Program-made: the position numbers and the translations under genes
Notes under the pieces: generated by a model
Databases searched by the model: none
What the model was told of the DNA's origin: nothing
What the model saw: the letters and a program-made list of their open reading frames with translations, nothing else
Source of the DNA: Actinomycetota bacterium
GTDB lineage: Bacteria; Actinomycetota; Acidimicrobiia; Acidimicrobiales; Ilumatobacteraceae
Reading direction: 5' to 3'
Assembly (NCBI GenBank): GCA_041181165.1
Contig: JBEGQB010000001.1
Span: 1 to 33,370, forward strand
DNA: 33,370 nucleotides
Shown: piece after piece, positions 25,427 through 33,370 of the stretch
How positions within the stretch are numbered: position 1 is the stretch's first letter
Layout: each line of letters begins with the position of its first letter

Positions 25427-26824
25427 TCAGCCGAGCTTCAGTGTTTTGATGAGCATCGTGACTTGGTCGTACGTCTGGGTCCGTTCTTTCATCAGACGTT
25501 GGATCTTCTCGACGGCGTGGATCACGGTGGTGTGATCCCGACCCCCGAAGAGTCGAGCAATGGCCGGATACGAGAGATCGGTGAGTTCCCGGAATACGTA
25601 CATCGCCTCCTGGCGGGCGGCGACGAGGGGCCTCTGACGGCTCTTGCCCCGTAGTGCTTCCACGCTGAACCCGAGGAGTTTGGCGATTTCTTCGAGCAAC
25701 TCCTGATCGGTGCGCTGCTTGGGTGTCTGGTTCGTGAGCAGGTCTTCGAGGAGCCGCTCGGCTTGGGCGACGGTCATATCGACCCGGTTGAGACTCGCGT
25801 AGGCACTCACCCGAATGAGCGCACCCTCGAGTTCGCGGATGTTCGAGGTGACGCGAGAAGCGATGAACTCCAGGACATCGGCCGGGAATTCCGTTCCCTC
25901 TCGCTCCGCCTTGTTCCGAAGAATCGCCAAACGGGTTTCGAGGTCCGGAGGCTGGACGTCGGTGATGAGACCCCATCGGAAGCGTCCGATGAGGCGCTCC
26001 TCGAGATGGGGGATGGCATCGGGAACGCGGTCCGACGAGATGACGATCTGCTTGTTCGCTCCATGCAAGGAGTTGAAGGTGTGGAAGAACTCCTCCTGCA
26101 GACCTTCCTTGCCTTCCATGAACTGGATGTCGTCGATGAGAAGCAAGTCGATGTCTCGGTAGCGGCGTTTGAAGTTGGCGATCGACGCCGTTCGGATTCC
26201 GTCCACGTACTCGTTCAAGAAGGTTTCCGTCGTGATGTACCGCACCTGATAGTGGCTGTAGTTCTGCAACACGTAGTGCCCGATGGCATGCAGCAGGTGG
26301 GTCTTGCCCAGACCAGCCGATCCGTAGATGAAAAGCGGGTTGTACGACCGGGCCGGAGTTTCAGCCACCCGTTGGGCGGCGGCCAGAGCGAAGCTGTTCG
26401 AGCCTCCGCGGACGAAGGTTTCGAAGGTGTATCGGGGGTTGAGCCCGGCCCGATCAGCGGGTGAGTCCCCCACTTTGGCCACCGTTGCCGGCTGGGTAGT
26501 GACGGTCGGGGTGGAGGGTGCCACCGACTCTTCGGAGGGTGCCACCGACTCTTCGGAGGGTGTCACCGATTCGGGTGGGGCCACGACCTCGACTTCGAGC
26601 TGCTTGGTTCCGGCGCCAATTTCGGACAGGGCATCGAGCACGATCGGCAGATATCGGGACATGATCTTGTCGCGCACCGTGCCACTCGGGACCGCCAAGC
26701 GGATGGTTCGATCATCGGTCGGCAGCGAATGGACGTCATTGAACGTTGAGTACCACACCGCATCGGACACCTGGGCTCGCAATAACTGCGAGACCGCTGT
26801 CCACATGTTCTCCGAGTCTTCCAC
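25427..26824 (-). CDS. dnaA: Chromosomal replication initiator DnaA
   Basis: Contains NPLFIYGSAGLGKTHLLHAIG (Walker A), LLIDDIQF (Walker B), DRVP..I..LEERL..RF.WGL and the C-terminal DNA-binding HTTVIHA. GTG 26824; an alternative ATG is at 26806. Confidence 0.98.
   Translation of the reverse strand: MEDSENMWTAVSQLLRAQVSDAVWYSTFNDVHSLPTDDRTIRLAVPSGTVRDKIMSRYLPIVLDALSEIGAGTKQLEVEVVAPPESVTPSEESVAPSEESVAPSTPTVTTQPATVAKVGDSPADRAGLNPRYTFETFVRGGSNSFALAAAQRVAETPARSYNPLFIYGSAGLGKTHLLHAIGHYVLQNYSHYQVRYITTETFLNEYVDGIRTASIANFKRRYRDIDLLLIDDIQFMEGKEGLQEEFFHTFNSLHGANKQIVISSDRVPDAIPHLEERLIGRFRWGLITDVQPPDLETRLAILRNKAEREGTEFPADVLEFIASRVTSNIRELEGALIRVSAYASLNRVDMTVAQAERLLEDLLTNQTPKQRTDQELLEEIAKLLGFSVEALRGKSRQRPLVAARQEAMYVFRELTDLSYPAIARLFGGRDHTTVIHAVEKIQRLMKERTQTYDQVTMLIKTLKLG
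26513..26572. repeat. In-frame 21-bp tandem repeat (2 perfect units plus 1 degenerate) inside the dnaA domain II linker
   Basis: ggagggtgccaccgactcttc occurs twice (26513..26533, 26534..26554), followed by ggagggtgtcaccgattc. It encodes ESVTPSEESVAPSEESVAPS. Confidence 0.9.
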
Positions 26825-26851
26825 CTGCTACTCCTTGCCAAACGAGCCACT

Positions 26852-27058
26852 TCATCCACAGGTGTGTCCACACGATGTGGACAGGATTCTGTGGCTTACC
26901 CCCTCTGACCTGCCCGAATGGTTGTCCCCATGTCAGAAATCCGCTCGCGCGGGTCAAGGAAGCGAGACCATAGCAGGCTGTGGATAGCGCGTAAAAAGGG
27001 CACTCAGAGGCCAATGGCGCGCGACCGACGACCAGGTTTTCAACAGACCTGTGGCAAG
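26852..27058. promoter_or_regulatory. DnaA-box cluster in the divergent dnaA/rpmH promoter region
   Basis: Boxes: tcatccaca 26852; gtgtccaca 26864 and tgtggacag 26876 (inverted pair tgtccaca-cga-tgtggaca); ttgtcccca 26922; tgtggatag 26979; weaker tgtggctta 26890 and tgtggcaag 27050. Confidence 0.65.
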
Positions 27059-27178
27059 GGTTGCCCATGCCCGTATCAGGGCCGTAGCCTGCCGAGATGC
27101 GGTAGCCGCTCGACGGTTGCCGGTCTGCAACTACCTGGGATCTTCGCCGATTGGCCACCCAGGAACTGAGGAGTTCTC

Positions 27179-27313
27179 GTGAAGCGCACGTATCAGCCCA
27201 ACAAGAAGCGCCGGTCGGTGAAGCATGGCTTCCGCGCGCGCATGTCGACCCGCGCTGGTCGCGCCGTCCTGAAGGCCCGTCGTCTCAAGGGCCGCCACCG
27301 GCTCTCGGCTTGA
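27179..27313 (+). CDS. rpmH: 50S ribosomal protein L34
   Basis: Not in the ORF track (44 aa). GTG 27179 follows GAGGAG. Translation: [44 protein letters not shown]. Confidence 0.95.
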   Translation: MKRTYQPNKKRRSVKHGFRARMSTRAGRAVLKARRLKGRHRLSA

Positions 27314-27645
27314 TCGGACGCCTCAACCGCTCCCACGAGTTTCAGCGCCTCCGCAGCGAGGGAACACGTGTTCGCAGTGGGTATTTGTGGTGCGTCATGC
27401 TTCTTGACCCCTCCCTCCCCGGCCCGTCCGTTGCCTTCGCCATTGGGCGTCCTTTCGGCTCGGCTGTCCGCCGCAACCGGCTCCGCCGGCAGTTGCGCGC
27501 CATCTTCACTGCCCGAGAACACGAACTCGGCGCGGGAATGTTCCTCGTGGGTGTGAACAGCCCGAACCGCCACCTGCCGCTTCCGACGTTCGCTCAGCTC
27601 AACCGGGACGTCGAGGGCCTTCTGGAGAAGGGTCGACGCCGGTGA
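27310..27645 (+). CDS. rnpA: Ribonuclease P protein component
   Basis: From TTG 27310 (overlaps the rpmH stop): [19 protein letters not shown].....L...... with [12 protein letters not shown] (RNR motif). Position is after rpmH. The start codon is uncertain. Confidence 0.85.
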   Translation: MIGRLNRSHEFQRLRSEGTRVRSGYLWCVMLLDPSLPGPSVAFAIGRPFGSAVRRNRLRRQLRAIFTAREHELGAGMFLVGVNSPNRHLPLPTFAQLNRDVEGLLEKGRRR

Positions 27646-27902
27646 AGCAGACCCTTTTGGCCTCGATTCGTTGGTATCAAACCGCCCGCGAAGGGCGCCC
27701 ATCACCGTGCCGGTTCACCCCATCCTGTTCGGAGTACGCCCGTGAGGCCATCGAGGTTCACGGCTCCGGACGCGGCACGTGGTTGACGATTCGGCGCCTG
27801 AGTCGCTGCCGCCCTTTTGGACCATCGGGATTCGACCCCGTTCCCGAAGCGTCAATTTCGCAACCGTCATCCACCGCATCGCCAACGGGAAGGACCCACT
27901 GA
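27642..27902 (+). CDS. yidD: Membrane protein insertion efficiency factor YidD
   Basis: Contains IRWYQTAREGRPSPCRFTPSCSEYAREAIEVHG...G.WL...RLSRCRPF. GTGA overlap with rnpA. Confidence 0.9.
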   Translation: MKQTLLASIRWYQTAREGRPSPCRFTPSCSEYAREAIEVHGSGRGTWLTIRRLSRCRPFGPSGFDPVPEASISQPSSTASPTGRTH

Positions 27903-27903
27903 G

Positions 27904-28890
27904 ATGTTTCAAGCCGCTGCCTGGCTGATCAGCCAGTTCTACAACCTCACCTCCAGTTACATCGCGGCCATCGCGCTTGTTTCTCTCGTGATCATGATGT
28001 TGATATTCCCGCTCACTCTGAAGAGCACCAAGGGAATGCTCGAGATGCAAAAAGTTCAACCAGAGATGCGTCGTTTGCAGCAGCAGTACCGCAATGACCG
28101 CCAGAAATTGAACGAAGAAATGATGAAGCTCTACCAAGAGCACAAGATCAATCCGCTGTCGTCGTGTCTGCCGCTGCTTGCGCAGATGCCGATCTTCATC
28201 ATCATGTTCCGCGTCTTGCACGGACTCACCAACAAGGGTGCTGATGGCACTTTCGATCCCGATTACATCTCGAAGTCGAGTGAGTTGTTCCAGAGTTTGA
28301 AGGGCAAGTCCGAGATGTTGTCGCTCGGCTTGGACCTCTCGCTGCGGCCCGTCGAGGCGGTGCAGGACAACCCCGGCAAGGGATTGATCTATGTGGCGTT
28401 GGTTCTCATTCTCATGGGCCTCTATTTCGTCCAGCAGAAGATGATCGCTTCACGAACCGTGTCGCCGACGATGTCGGCCACGCAGGCCAAGGTGATGCAG
28501 TACTTGCCGGTGGCCTTTGGTGTGTTCCAGTTCTTCTTCCCGGTAGGTCTCGTCATCTATTACATGTCCCAGACGGTGGTGCGCATTGCCCAGCAGGCCT
28601 ACATCACCCGGCGCTTCTACCGGGGGGAACACTCCCTGGGCCGCCAAGCTCAGGCAGCCAACGCCAAGGCCCGGGAGATGTCGAAGCAGGACGGGGCCGG
28701 TGGCGGATTCTTCAGTCAACTGAAACAGGAAGCCGCCAAGAAGGATGAGCCGTCGAGCAAGAACCCAACCAGCAAGCGGGTCACCCCGCCCAAGGGAGGT
28801 TCGACAGGTCCGAAGGGGCGTCCGACGCCCTCGAACCGGCCCAAGCCGTCGGGCGGAACCCGACATCCCAAACCCCCGCGTCGCCCCTGA
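27904..28890 (+). CDS. yidC: Membrane protein insertase YidC/Oxa1 family with a basic Pro/Lys-rich C-terminal tail
   Basis: From ATG 27904: MFQAAAWLISQFYNL... Contains MQKVQPEMRRLQQQYRNDRQKLNEEMMKLYQEHKINPLSSCLPLLAQMPIF. Confidence 0.9.
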   Translation: MFQAAAWLISQFYNLTSSYIAAIALVSLVIMMLIFPLTLKSTKGMLEMQKVQPEMRRLQQQYRNDRQKLNEEMMKLYQEHKINPLSSCLPLLAQMPIFIIMFRVLHGLTNKGADGTFDPDYISKSSELFQSLKGKSEMLSLGLDLSLRPVEAVQDNPGKGLIYVALVLILMGLYFVQQKMIASRTVSPTMSATQAKVMQYLPVAFGVFQFFFPVGLVIYYMSQTVVRIAQQAYITRRFYRGEHSLGRQAQAANAKAREMSKQDGAGGGFFSQLKQEAAKKDEPSSKNPTSKRVTPPKGGSTGPKGRPTPSNRPKPSGGTRHPKPPRRP

Positions 28891-28931
28891 CGCTCGTCGC
28901 TACGTGCGACTTTCCTACGAAAGAGGTCCCC

Positions 28932-29753
28932 ATGGAATGGGTGGAAACAACTGGTCGAACCATCGAAGAAGCCAAGAGCCAGGCGCTCGATCGCTTGGGT
29001 GTGGCTGATGAGGACGCCGAATTTGAGATTTTGGAAGAACCCAAGCCCGGCTTGTTCGGCCGGACCAGGGGAGAGGCGCGAGTGCGGGCACGGGTCAAGC
29101 CGTTGGCGCCACGCCCCAAAATGGAGCGCCGTGACCGTCGTCGTCGAGACGGCGGTGGTGAACGTTCATCAGAAGGTGGTCAGCGCAACGGTGGTCAGAG
29201 GTCTGAGGGTCGGAACCGCCGTCCCCGACCCGAGAAGGAAGCAGGAGCAATGAGCGACAATGAGAACCGTGAACCCCGTCCGCCGGCTGACCCGGCCGTG
29301 GTGGCTAGTGAGGCGGAGAAGTTCCTCACTGGTCTGGTTTCGGCCTTTGGATTGAACGGTTCGGCCTCGAGCGCCATCGAGGGTGATGAAATCGAGGTCA
29401 ACGTGCACGGTTCCGATCTGGGCATCATGGTCGGACCCCGTGGCTCGACCCTTCAGGCCGTCCAGGACCTGACCCGCGTGGTCAGCCAGCGTCGAATGGG
29501 CGATCACGACACCCGTCTCCGGGTCGACATTGGTGGATACCGGGCCAAGCGCAAGGAAGCCCTGAGCCGGTTCGTGAATCAGGTTGCTGACGAAGTGGTG
29601 GGATCCGGAACTGCTCGTGCGTTGGAACCCATGCCTTCTTCGGACCGCAAGATCATCCACGATGCTCTGACTGGCCGAACGGATATCAGCACCCACTCCG
29701 AAGGCGAGGACCCGTATCGCCGTGTGGTGATCTCCCCTGCTAGCGCCGATTGA
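28932..29753 (+). CDS. jag: Jag/KhpB-type RNA-binding protein (Jag_N, KH and R3H domains)
   Basis: Begins MEWVETTGRTIEEAKSQALDRLGV (Jag_N), followed by an Arg/Gly-rich linker, then GPRGSTLQAVQDLTR (KH) and SDRKIIHDAL...STHSEGEDPYRRVVI (R3H). Confidence 0.85.
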   Translation: MEWVETTGRTIEEAKSQALDRLGVADEDAEFEILEEPKPGLFGRTRGEARVRARVKPLAPRPKMERRDRRRRDGGGERSSEGGQRNGGQRSEGRNRRPRPEKEAGAMSDNENREPRPPADPAVVASEAEKFLTGLVSAFGLNGSASSAIEGDEIEVNVHGSDLGIMVGPRGSTLQAVQDLTRVVSQRRMGDHDTRLRVDIGGYRAKRKEALSRFVNQVADEVVGSGTARALEPMPSSDRKIIHDALTGRTDISTHSEGEDPYRRVVISPASAD

Positions 29754-30340
29754 GATCGGCTGGGAGACGGACGCCGGTGAATCTCCTCGAGCCTGAAAAT
29801 CGGCAGAATCTGATCGATGCGCTGGGTGAAGCCCAGCGCATCGGCATGTTGGGGGACGAAGACCTTGGGCTCGCCATCGACCGCGCACTCCCCTTCGCGG
29901 CGGCGATCCCGCCTTCGGTTCATTCGTTCGTGGATCTCGGTTCCGGGGGTGGGCTACCGGGTCTGGTCGTGGCCATGGCTCGGCCCGATCTTGTGGGACT
30001 ACTGGTGGATCGCCGCGGCAAGAGGGTCGATTTGCTAGTTCGGTTGATTGGCCGCCTGGACCTTGGAGGGAGGACCCAAGCGGTCGAGGCTGACGTTGCC
30101 GATCTGCCCCGCCGCTTCCCCGGTCAGCAATGGCCAGTCGCTACCAGCCGTGGATTCGGGTCTCCCGAGTACACCGCAGGGCACGCCCGTCAGATCGTGG
30201 TGCCCGGGGGATTGCTCATGGTCAGTGAACCACCAGCATCCGACGGTTCCCGCTGGGCGACCGAGCCGGTGAGGGCGGCAGGATTCCGCCTCGAAGAGGT
30301 GGTCGGAGGTATCGCTCACCTCCGCCGCACTGACTCCTGA
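29750..30340 (+). CDS. rsmG: 16S rRNA (guanine527-N7)-methyltransferase RsmG
   Basis: Contains the SAM motif VDLGSGGGLPGLVVA. Position is between jag and parA. The start is uncertain (TTG 29750 or GTG 29777). Confidence 0.85.
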   Translation: MRSAGRRTPVNLLEPENRQNLIDALGEAQRIGMLGDEDLGLAIDRALPFAAAIPPSVHSFVDLGSGGGLPGLVVAMARPDLVGLLVDRRGKRVDLLVRLIGRLDLGGRTQAVEADVADLPRRFPGQQWPVATSRGFGSPEYTAGHARQIVVPGGLLMVSEPPASDGSRWATEPVRAAGFRLEEVVGGIAHLRRTDS

Positions 30341-30341
30341 G

Positions 30342-30357
30342 TGTTTCACGTGGAACC
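30342..30357. promoter_or_regulatory. parS site 1
   Basis: TGTTTCACGTGGAACC versus the consensus TGTTTCACGTGAAACA (2 mismatches). Confidence 0.85.
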
Positions 30358-30378
30358 ACGAACCTGATTCCCGACGAC

Positions 30379-30394
30379 TGTTTCACGTGAAACC
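30379..30394. promoter_or_regulatory. parS site 2
   Basis: TGTTTCACGTGAAACC (1 mismatch to consensus). Confidence 0.9.
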
Positions 30395-30415
30395 TCCCGT
30401 CGAGGGGTCCCCGAG

Positions 30416-30431
30416 TGTTTCACGTGGAACA
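30416..30431. promoter_or_regulatory. parS site 3
   Basis: TGTTTCACGTGGAACA (1 mismatch to consensus). Confidence 0.9.
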
Positions 30432-30529
30432 TTCGACGAACCGTCGCCAAACTGCCTCTCCGCGTTCCCTCCCTCGGATACGATCTGCCCACCGCCGACC
30501 CGGATCACCTGCGAGGACCGACAGCTTCC

Positions 30530-31357
30530 ATGAGCCAAACCCCCGAGACCTCCGCCTCTGCCAGCCACGGCCGACCGCTTCCCCGGGTGATCGCCGTCGC
30601 CAATCAGAAGGGTGGAGTGGGAAAGACCACCACATCGGTCAACCTGGGCGCCTGCCTGGCCGAAATGGGCTATCGAACTCTCATCGTGGACCTCGACCCA
30701 CAGGGCAATGCCTCATCGGGAGTCGGAGTCGATACCCGGGGTGTTGAAAACTCCATGTACGACGTGCTCCTCCACGATGCCGATATGGAGGACTGCATTG
30801 AGCCGGCCAGCCTCCGGAACCTGTTCGTGGCTCCGGCCAATCTCGATCTTGCTGGTGCCGAAATCGAACTGGTTCCGGCCATGGCCCGTGAGACCCGCTT
30901 GAAGAAAGCGATCGACTCGGTGATCGACGACTTCGACTTCGTCATCATTGACTGTCCCCCGTCGCTTGGCCTGCTCACGGTGAATGCGCTGGTCGCCGCC
31001 CGTGAGGTCCTGGTACCCATCCAGTGCGAGTACTACGCCCTCGAAGGGCTGGGTCAACTCCTGCGCAACGTCGACCTGGTGAAGCGCAATCTCAATACGA
31101 GCCTGGAGGTCAGCACCATCGTGTGCGTCATGTACGACTCCAAGACCAAGTTGTCCCAGGAAGTCGTGGCTGAAGTTCGGGAGCACTTCGGGGACAAGGT
31201 CTGCCAGACCCTGATCCCTCGCAACGTCCGTTTGTCCGAGGCCCCGTCCCATCATCAGCCGATCAACGTGTACGACCCTTCGTCGAAGGGCGCAATTGCC
31301 TACAAACTGGTGGCAAAGGAGGTGGCCGGTGGCATCCCGCCGCGGCGGACTTGGTAG
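30530..31357 (+). CDS. parA: Chromosome partitioning ATPase ParA/Soj
   Basis: Contains the deviant Walker A VIAVANQKGGVGKTTTSVNL, then LIVDLDPQGNAS and FVIIDCPPSLG. Confidence 0.95.
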   Translation: MSQTPETSASASHGRPLPRVIAVANQKGGVGKTTTSVNLGACLAEMGYRTLIVDLDPQGNASSGVGVDTRGVENSMYDVLLHDADMEDCIEPASLRNLFVAPANLDLAGAEIELVPAMARETRLKKAIDSVIDDFDFVIIDCPPSLGLLTVNALVAAREVLVPIQCEYYALEGLGQLLRNVDLVKRNLNTSLEVSTIVCVMYDSKTKLSQEVVAEVREHFGDKVCQTLIPRNVRLSEAPSHHQPINVYDPSSKGAIAYKLVAKEVAGGIPPRRTW

Positions 31358-32240
31358 AGGACTCGACTCGCTGATCCCGGGTGGTGGCGCACAGCCACCC
31401 GCCGGGGGTTCGGCTCTGATCGAGATCCCGGTCAAGGACCTCTCCCCCAACCCCCACCAGCCTCGGGTGCATTTCGACGAGGAATCGTTGAACGACCTCT
31501 CGGCCTCGATTCGCGAAATCGGCGTGCTGCAGCCCGTTCTGGTTCGTCAACTTCCGAATGGTTCGTACCAGCTCATCGCCGGTGAAAGGCGCTGGCGGGC
31601 AGCCCAACGGGCGGGTTTGACGACCGTTCCCGCCGTGGTCAAGACCACCGACGACATGGCGTCGATGGAGCAGGCCCTGGTGGAGAACCTGCACCGCCAA
31701 GATCTGTCCCCCCTCGAAGAAGCGTCGGCCTTTCAACAGCTGATCGACGACTTCAATCTCACCCACGATGATGTCGCCAAGCGCGTCGGCAAGAGTCGAA
31801 GCGCCATCACGAACACCCTCCGACTCCTGAACCTGCCACCAGCAGTTCAGGGTCTCCTCGCCGACGGTCGTTTGAGTGCCGGCCATGCTCGAGCCCTGCT
31901 CGGAACCTCGGATCGAGCGTTCCAGGAGCAACTTGCTCGACGGGCGGCGTCCGAGCAGTGGTCGGTTCGGGCAGTGGAGGAGGCCATCCGTGACCGGTCG
32001 GGGGCCAGCGAAGTCGGTACGGGCGGAACCAAAACCGGCAGTGGGGGTTCATCAAGCGGGGCAAAGTCCACCAAGTTGCCGCAAGCCGGCCTTCTCGAGC
32101 TCGAAGAACTACTCGGCGATTACTTGTCGACCCGCGTGTCGGTGAAGATGGCCAGCGGAAAAGGATCCGTCACCATCGAGTTCGCCGACCTGGAAGATCT
32201 GGAGCGGATCTACCGGTTGATGACCGAGGGACCCCAGTAG
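31329..32240 (+). CDS. parB: Chromosome partitioning protein ParB/Spo0J
   Basis: Contains RRGGLGRGLDSLIP, PNPHQPRVHFDEESL, LIAGERRWRAAQRAGL (ParB box) and HTH LTHDDVAKRVGKSRSAITN. The start is uncertain: GTG 31329 (29-nt overlap with parA) or ATG 31296 (62-nt overlap). Confidence 0.9.
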   Translation: MASRRGGLGRGLDSLIPGGGAQPPAGGSALIEIPVKDLSPNPHQPRVHFDEESLNDLSASIREIGVLQPVLVRQLPNGSYQLIAGERRWRAAQRAGLTTVPAVVKTTDDMASMEQALVENLHRQDLSPLEEASAFQQLIDDFNLTHDDVAKRVGKSRSAITNTLRLLNLPPAVQGLLADGRLSAGHARALLGTSDRAFQEQLARRAASEQWSVRAVEEAIRDRSGASEVGTGGTKTGSGGSSSGAKSTKLPQAGLLELEELLGDYLSTRVSVKMASGKGSVTIEFADLEDLERIYRLMTEGPQ

Positions 32241-32300
32241 CGAGCGGGTCAACGGAGCTCGATCTGAACCTCAAGTCGCGCGTGAGAGTTGCGCACAGGC

Positions 32301-32372
32301 TGTGGATAACTCTGTTGATAACAGTGGCCCTTTAGTGCTAATTGTGAATTTGTGACCGCGAGGTGTGGATGA
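32301..32372. promoter_or_regulatory. DnaA-box cluster in an AT-rich tract between the convergent parB and amidase genes
   Basis: Perfect TGTGGATAA at 32301..32309; TGTTGATAA at 32313..32321; TGTGGATGA at 32364..32372. My hand count for 32301..32356 is 22 G+C in 56 nt, far below the surrounding sequence. Confidence 0.5.
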
Positions 32373-32393
32373 TCGGTCTCTCATCGGGAGAGA

Positions 32394-33344
32394 TCACGCC
32401 GACCAAGCGGTCAAGGCAAGAAACACGGCCTCAGCGATCCTCTCGGCCCGTTCGACCATGACTTGAGTCGGGCCAAGAGTGAGCAGAACGGCGGGCATCT
32501 TGGTTTCACGCAAAATCGGTAGCCGCATTCCACTCACCGTCATTCGTGGCACGACGTCGCGAAGATGGCGTTCAGCCAGATGTGCCAAGGCCCGACCTCC
32601 CGCCGACTCGAAAGCGGGAACGGAGTAATAGGTGATACGAGCCATGCGTTCCGTCGAAGCCTCCAACCCCACATAGACCTCGGCACCAAAGAGGTTGGCG
32701 TGGGCGGCTTGTGCAGCGGCATCGGGCTCATCGGTCTGGATCAAGAGCGCGCCGCGGTCTCGAAGTGCAACGCATAAAGGCCTGCTCAGAGCGCTGAAAC
32801 CCCCGAATTGACCAATGGCCACACGGCGTCCATCGAGTGGCTGGCCCGAACGCAGACTTTCGGCTTCTCGGACCGCAGCAACTCCAGGGCCGTCACCGGT
32901 CTGACGCGAGAGTCGACGAAGAACCTCCACGGTTCCAGTTCGACAGATACCGTCGACCTCGAGTCCGGCGTTCAGCTGGAAGTCACTGACGGCCCGAGCG
33001 GCTAGCGGTCCGAAGATTCCGTCGATTCGTCCGCAGTCGAAACCCAACCGCGAGAGGAGTCGTTGTAGCTCGGCAACGTCATCGCCACGTAGGTTCGGTG
33101 AGCGAAGCATGAGGACGCGATCGCCGAGACTCCAGGCCGCTTCGACCAAAGCGCCCCACGTGACGTCGTCGCACACGCCCGTGATCGGCAGGCCCCGATC
33201 TTCCTGGAAGACACGAACTGCCTGCTCAGTGGCGTGGCAGTAGGACGCGGGGGAGACCCCACCGTCTGGGATGAAGCCGGCGGCGCCGAGTCGGCGCTGG
33301 AGTTGTCCGACGGCCTCGCCCGAATCGCCGGGCGAGAGATTCAT
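32394..33344 (-). CDS. N-acetylmuramoyl-L-alanine amidase (Amidase_3) with two N-terminal peptidoglycan-binding repeats (CwlM-like content, different domain order)
   Basis: Two PG_binding_1-like repeats (GDSGEAVGQLQRRLGAAGF...; RGDDVAELQRLLSRLGFDCG.IDGIFG). The C-terminal part has VYVGLEAS ... SGMRLPILRETKMPAVLLTLGP, typical of MurNAc-LAA. Confidence 0.75.
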   Translation of the reverse strand: MNLSPGDSGEAVGQLQRRLGAAGFIPDGGVSPASYCHATEQAVRVFQEDRGLPITGVCDDVTWGALVEAAWSLGDRVLMLRSPNLRGDDVAELQRLLSRLGFDCGRIDGIFGPLAARAVSDFQLNAGLEVDGICRTGTVEVLRRLSRQTGDGPGVAAVREAESLRSGQPLDGRRVAIGQFGGFSALSRPLCVALRDRGALLIQTDEPDAAAQAAHANLFGAEVYVGLEASTERMARITYYSVPAFESAGGRALAHLAERHLRDVVPRMTVSGMRLPILRETKMPAVLLTLGPTQVMVERAERIAEAVFLALTAWSA

Positions 33345-33370
33345 CAGCCGAGGAATTCCTCCAACTCCTG
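33344..33370 (-). CDS. 3' end (last 8 codons) of an upstream gene, possibly thioredoxin by synteny only
   Basis: The reverse strand reads ...QELEEFLG-TGA. The stop overlaps the amidase ATG (TGATG). The thioredoxin guess rests only on the trxC-cwlM neighbourhood known from Mycobacterium and on a thioredoxin-like C-terminal flavour. Confidence 0.25.
   Translation of the reverse strand, partial: QELEEFLG

Noticed and set aside
26918-27169. 83-aa ORF in the dnaA-rpmH intergenic region
   Set aside because: It has no RBS or motif support and the composition is basic and low-complexity. The region is better explained as DnaA-box and promoter DNA.
27950-28250. Locally lower-GC stretch within yidC, considered as a possible horizontally acquired segment
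   Set aside because: It coincides with the conserved Lys/Gln/Met/Asn-rich cytoplasmic loop of YidC (MQKVQPEM...YQEHKINP). The composition is explained by protein sequence constraints.

Overview
This is a high-GC, actinobacterial-type chromosomal replication-origin neighbourhood, and almost every gene is a recognisable housekeeping gene. On the minus strand lie dnaA, dnaN, recF, DUF721, gyrB, gyrA, DUF3566 and tRNA-Ile. On the plus strand lie rpmH, rnpA, yidD, yidC, jag, rsmG, parA and parB, with three parS sites upstream of parA. A CwlM-like amidase closes the right end. DnaA-box clusters sit in the dnaA-dnaN gap (putative oriC), upstream of dnaA, and unexpectedly in an AT-rich gap between the convergent parB and amidase genes. 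The left 17 kb is more accessory. It holds a cyclophilin, a Cys-less DksA-like protein, an epoxide hydrolase and a translationally coupled trio of membrane proteins (BI-1/YccA, CPBP protease, HExxH protein). It also holds a sigma-70 factor, a tRNA-Sec (selC) and a compact Tad/Flp pilus locus (tadA-tadB-tadC-flp-tadE) whose pilin gene is too short for the ORF track. These are followed by a STAS protein, an FeS-type photolyase and a lipoprotein. A 6-kb metabolic/regulatory block lies between tRNA-Ala and tRNA-Ile. I see no CRISPR array, transposase, integrase, rRNA or recognisable defence system. The most unusual structures are (1) a 57-bp tandem array of decayed copies of the selC 3' end, each forming a GC-rich hairpin, wedged between the sigma gene and selC; (2) an orphan Rv3654c-type TadE-like gene whose start overlaps the gyrA stop, about 9.6 kb from the tad locus; and (3) the extra DnaA-box/AT-rich element downstream of parB. 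Many gene junctions are GTGA, ATGA or TGATG overlaps, which suggests translational coupling. All functional calls come from reading motifs by eye and from remembered family signatures. No database search was possible.
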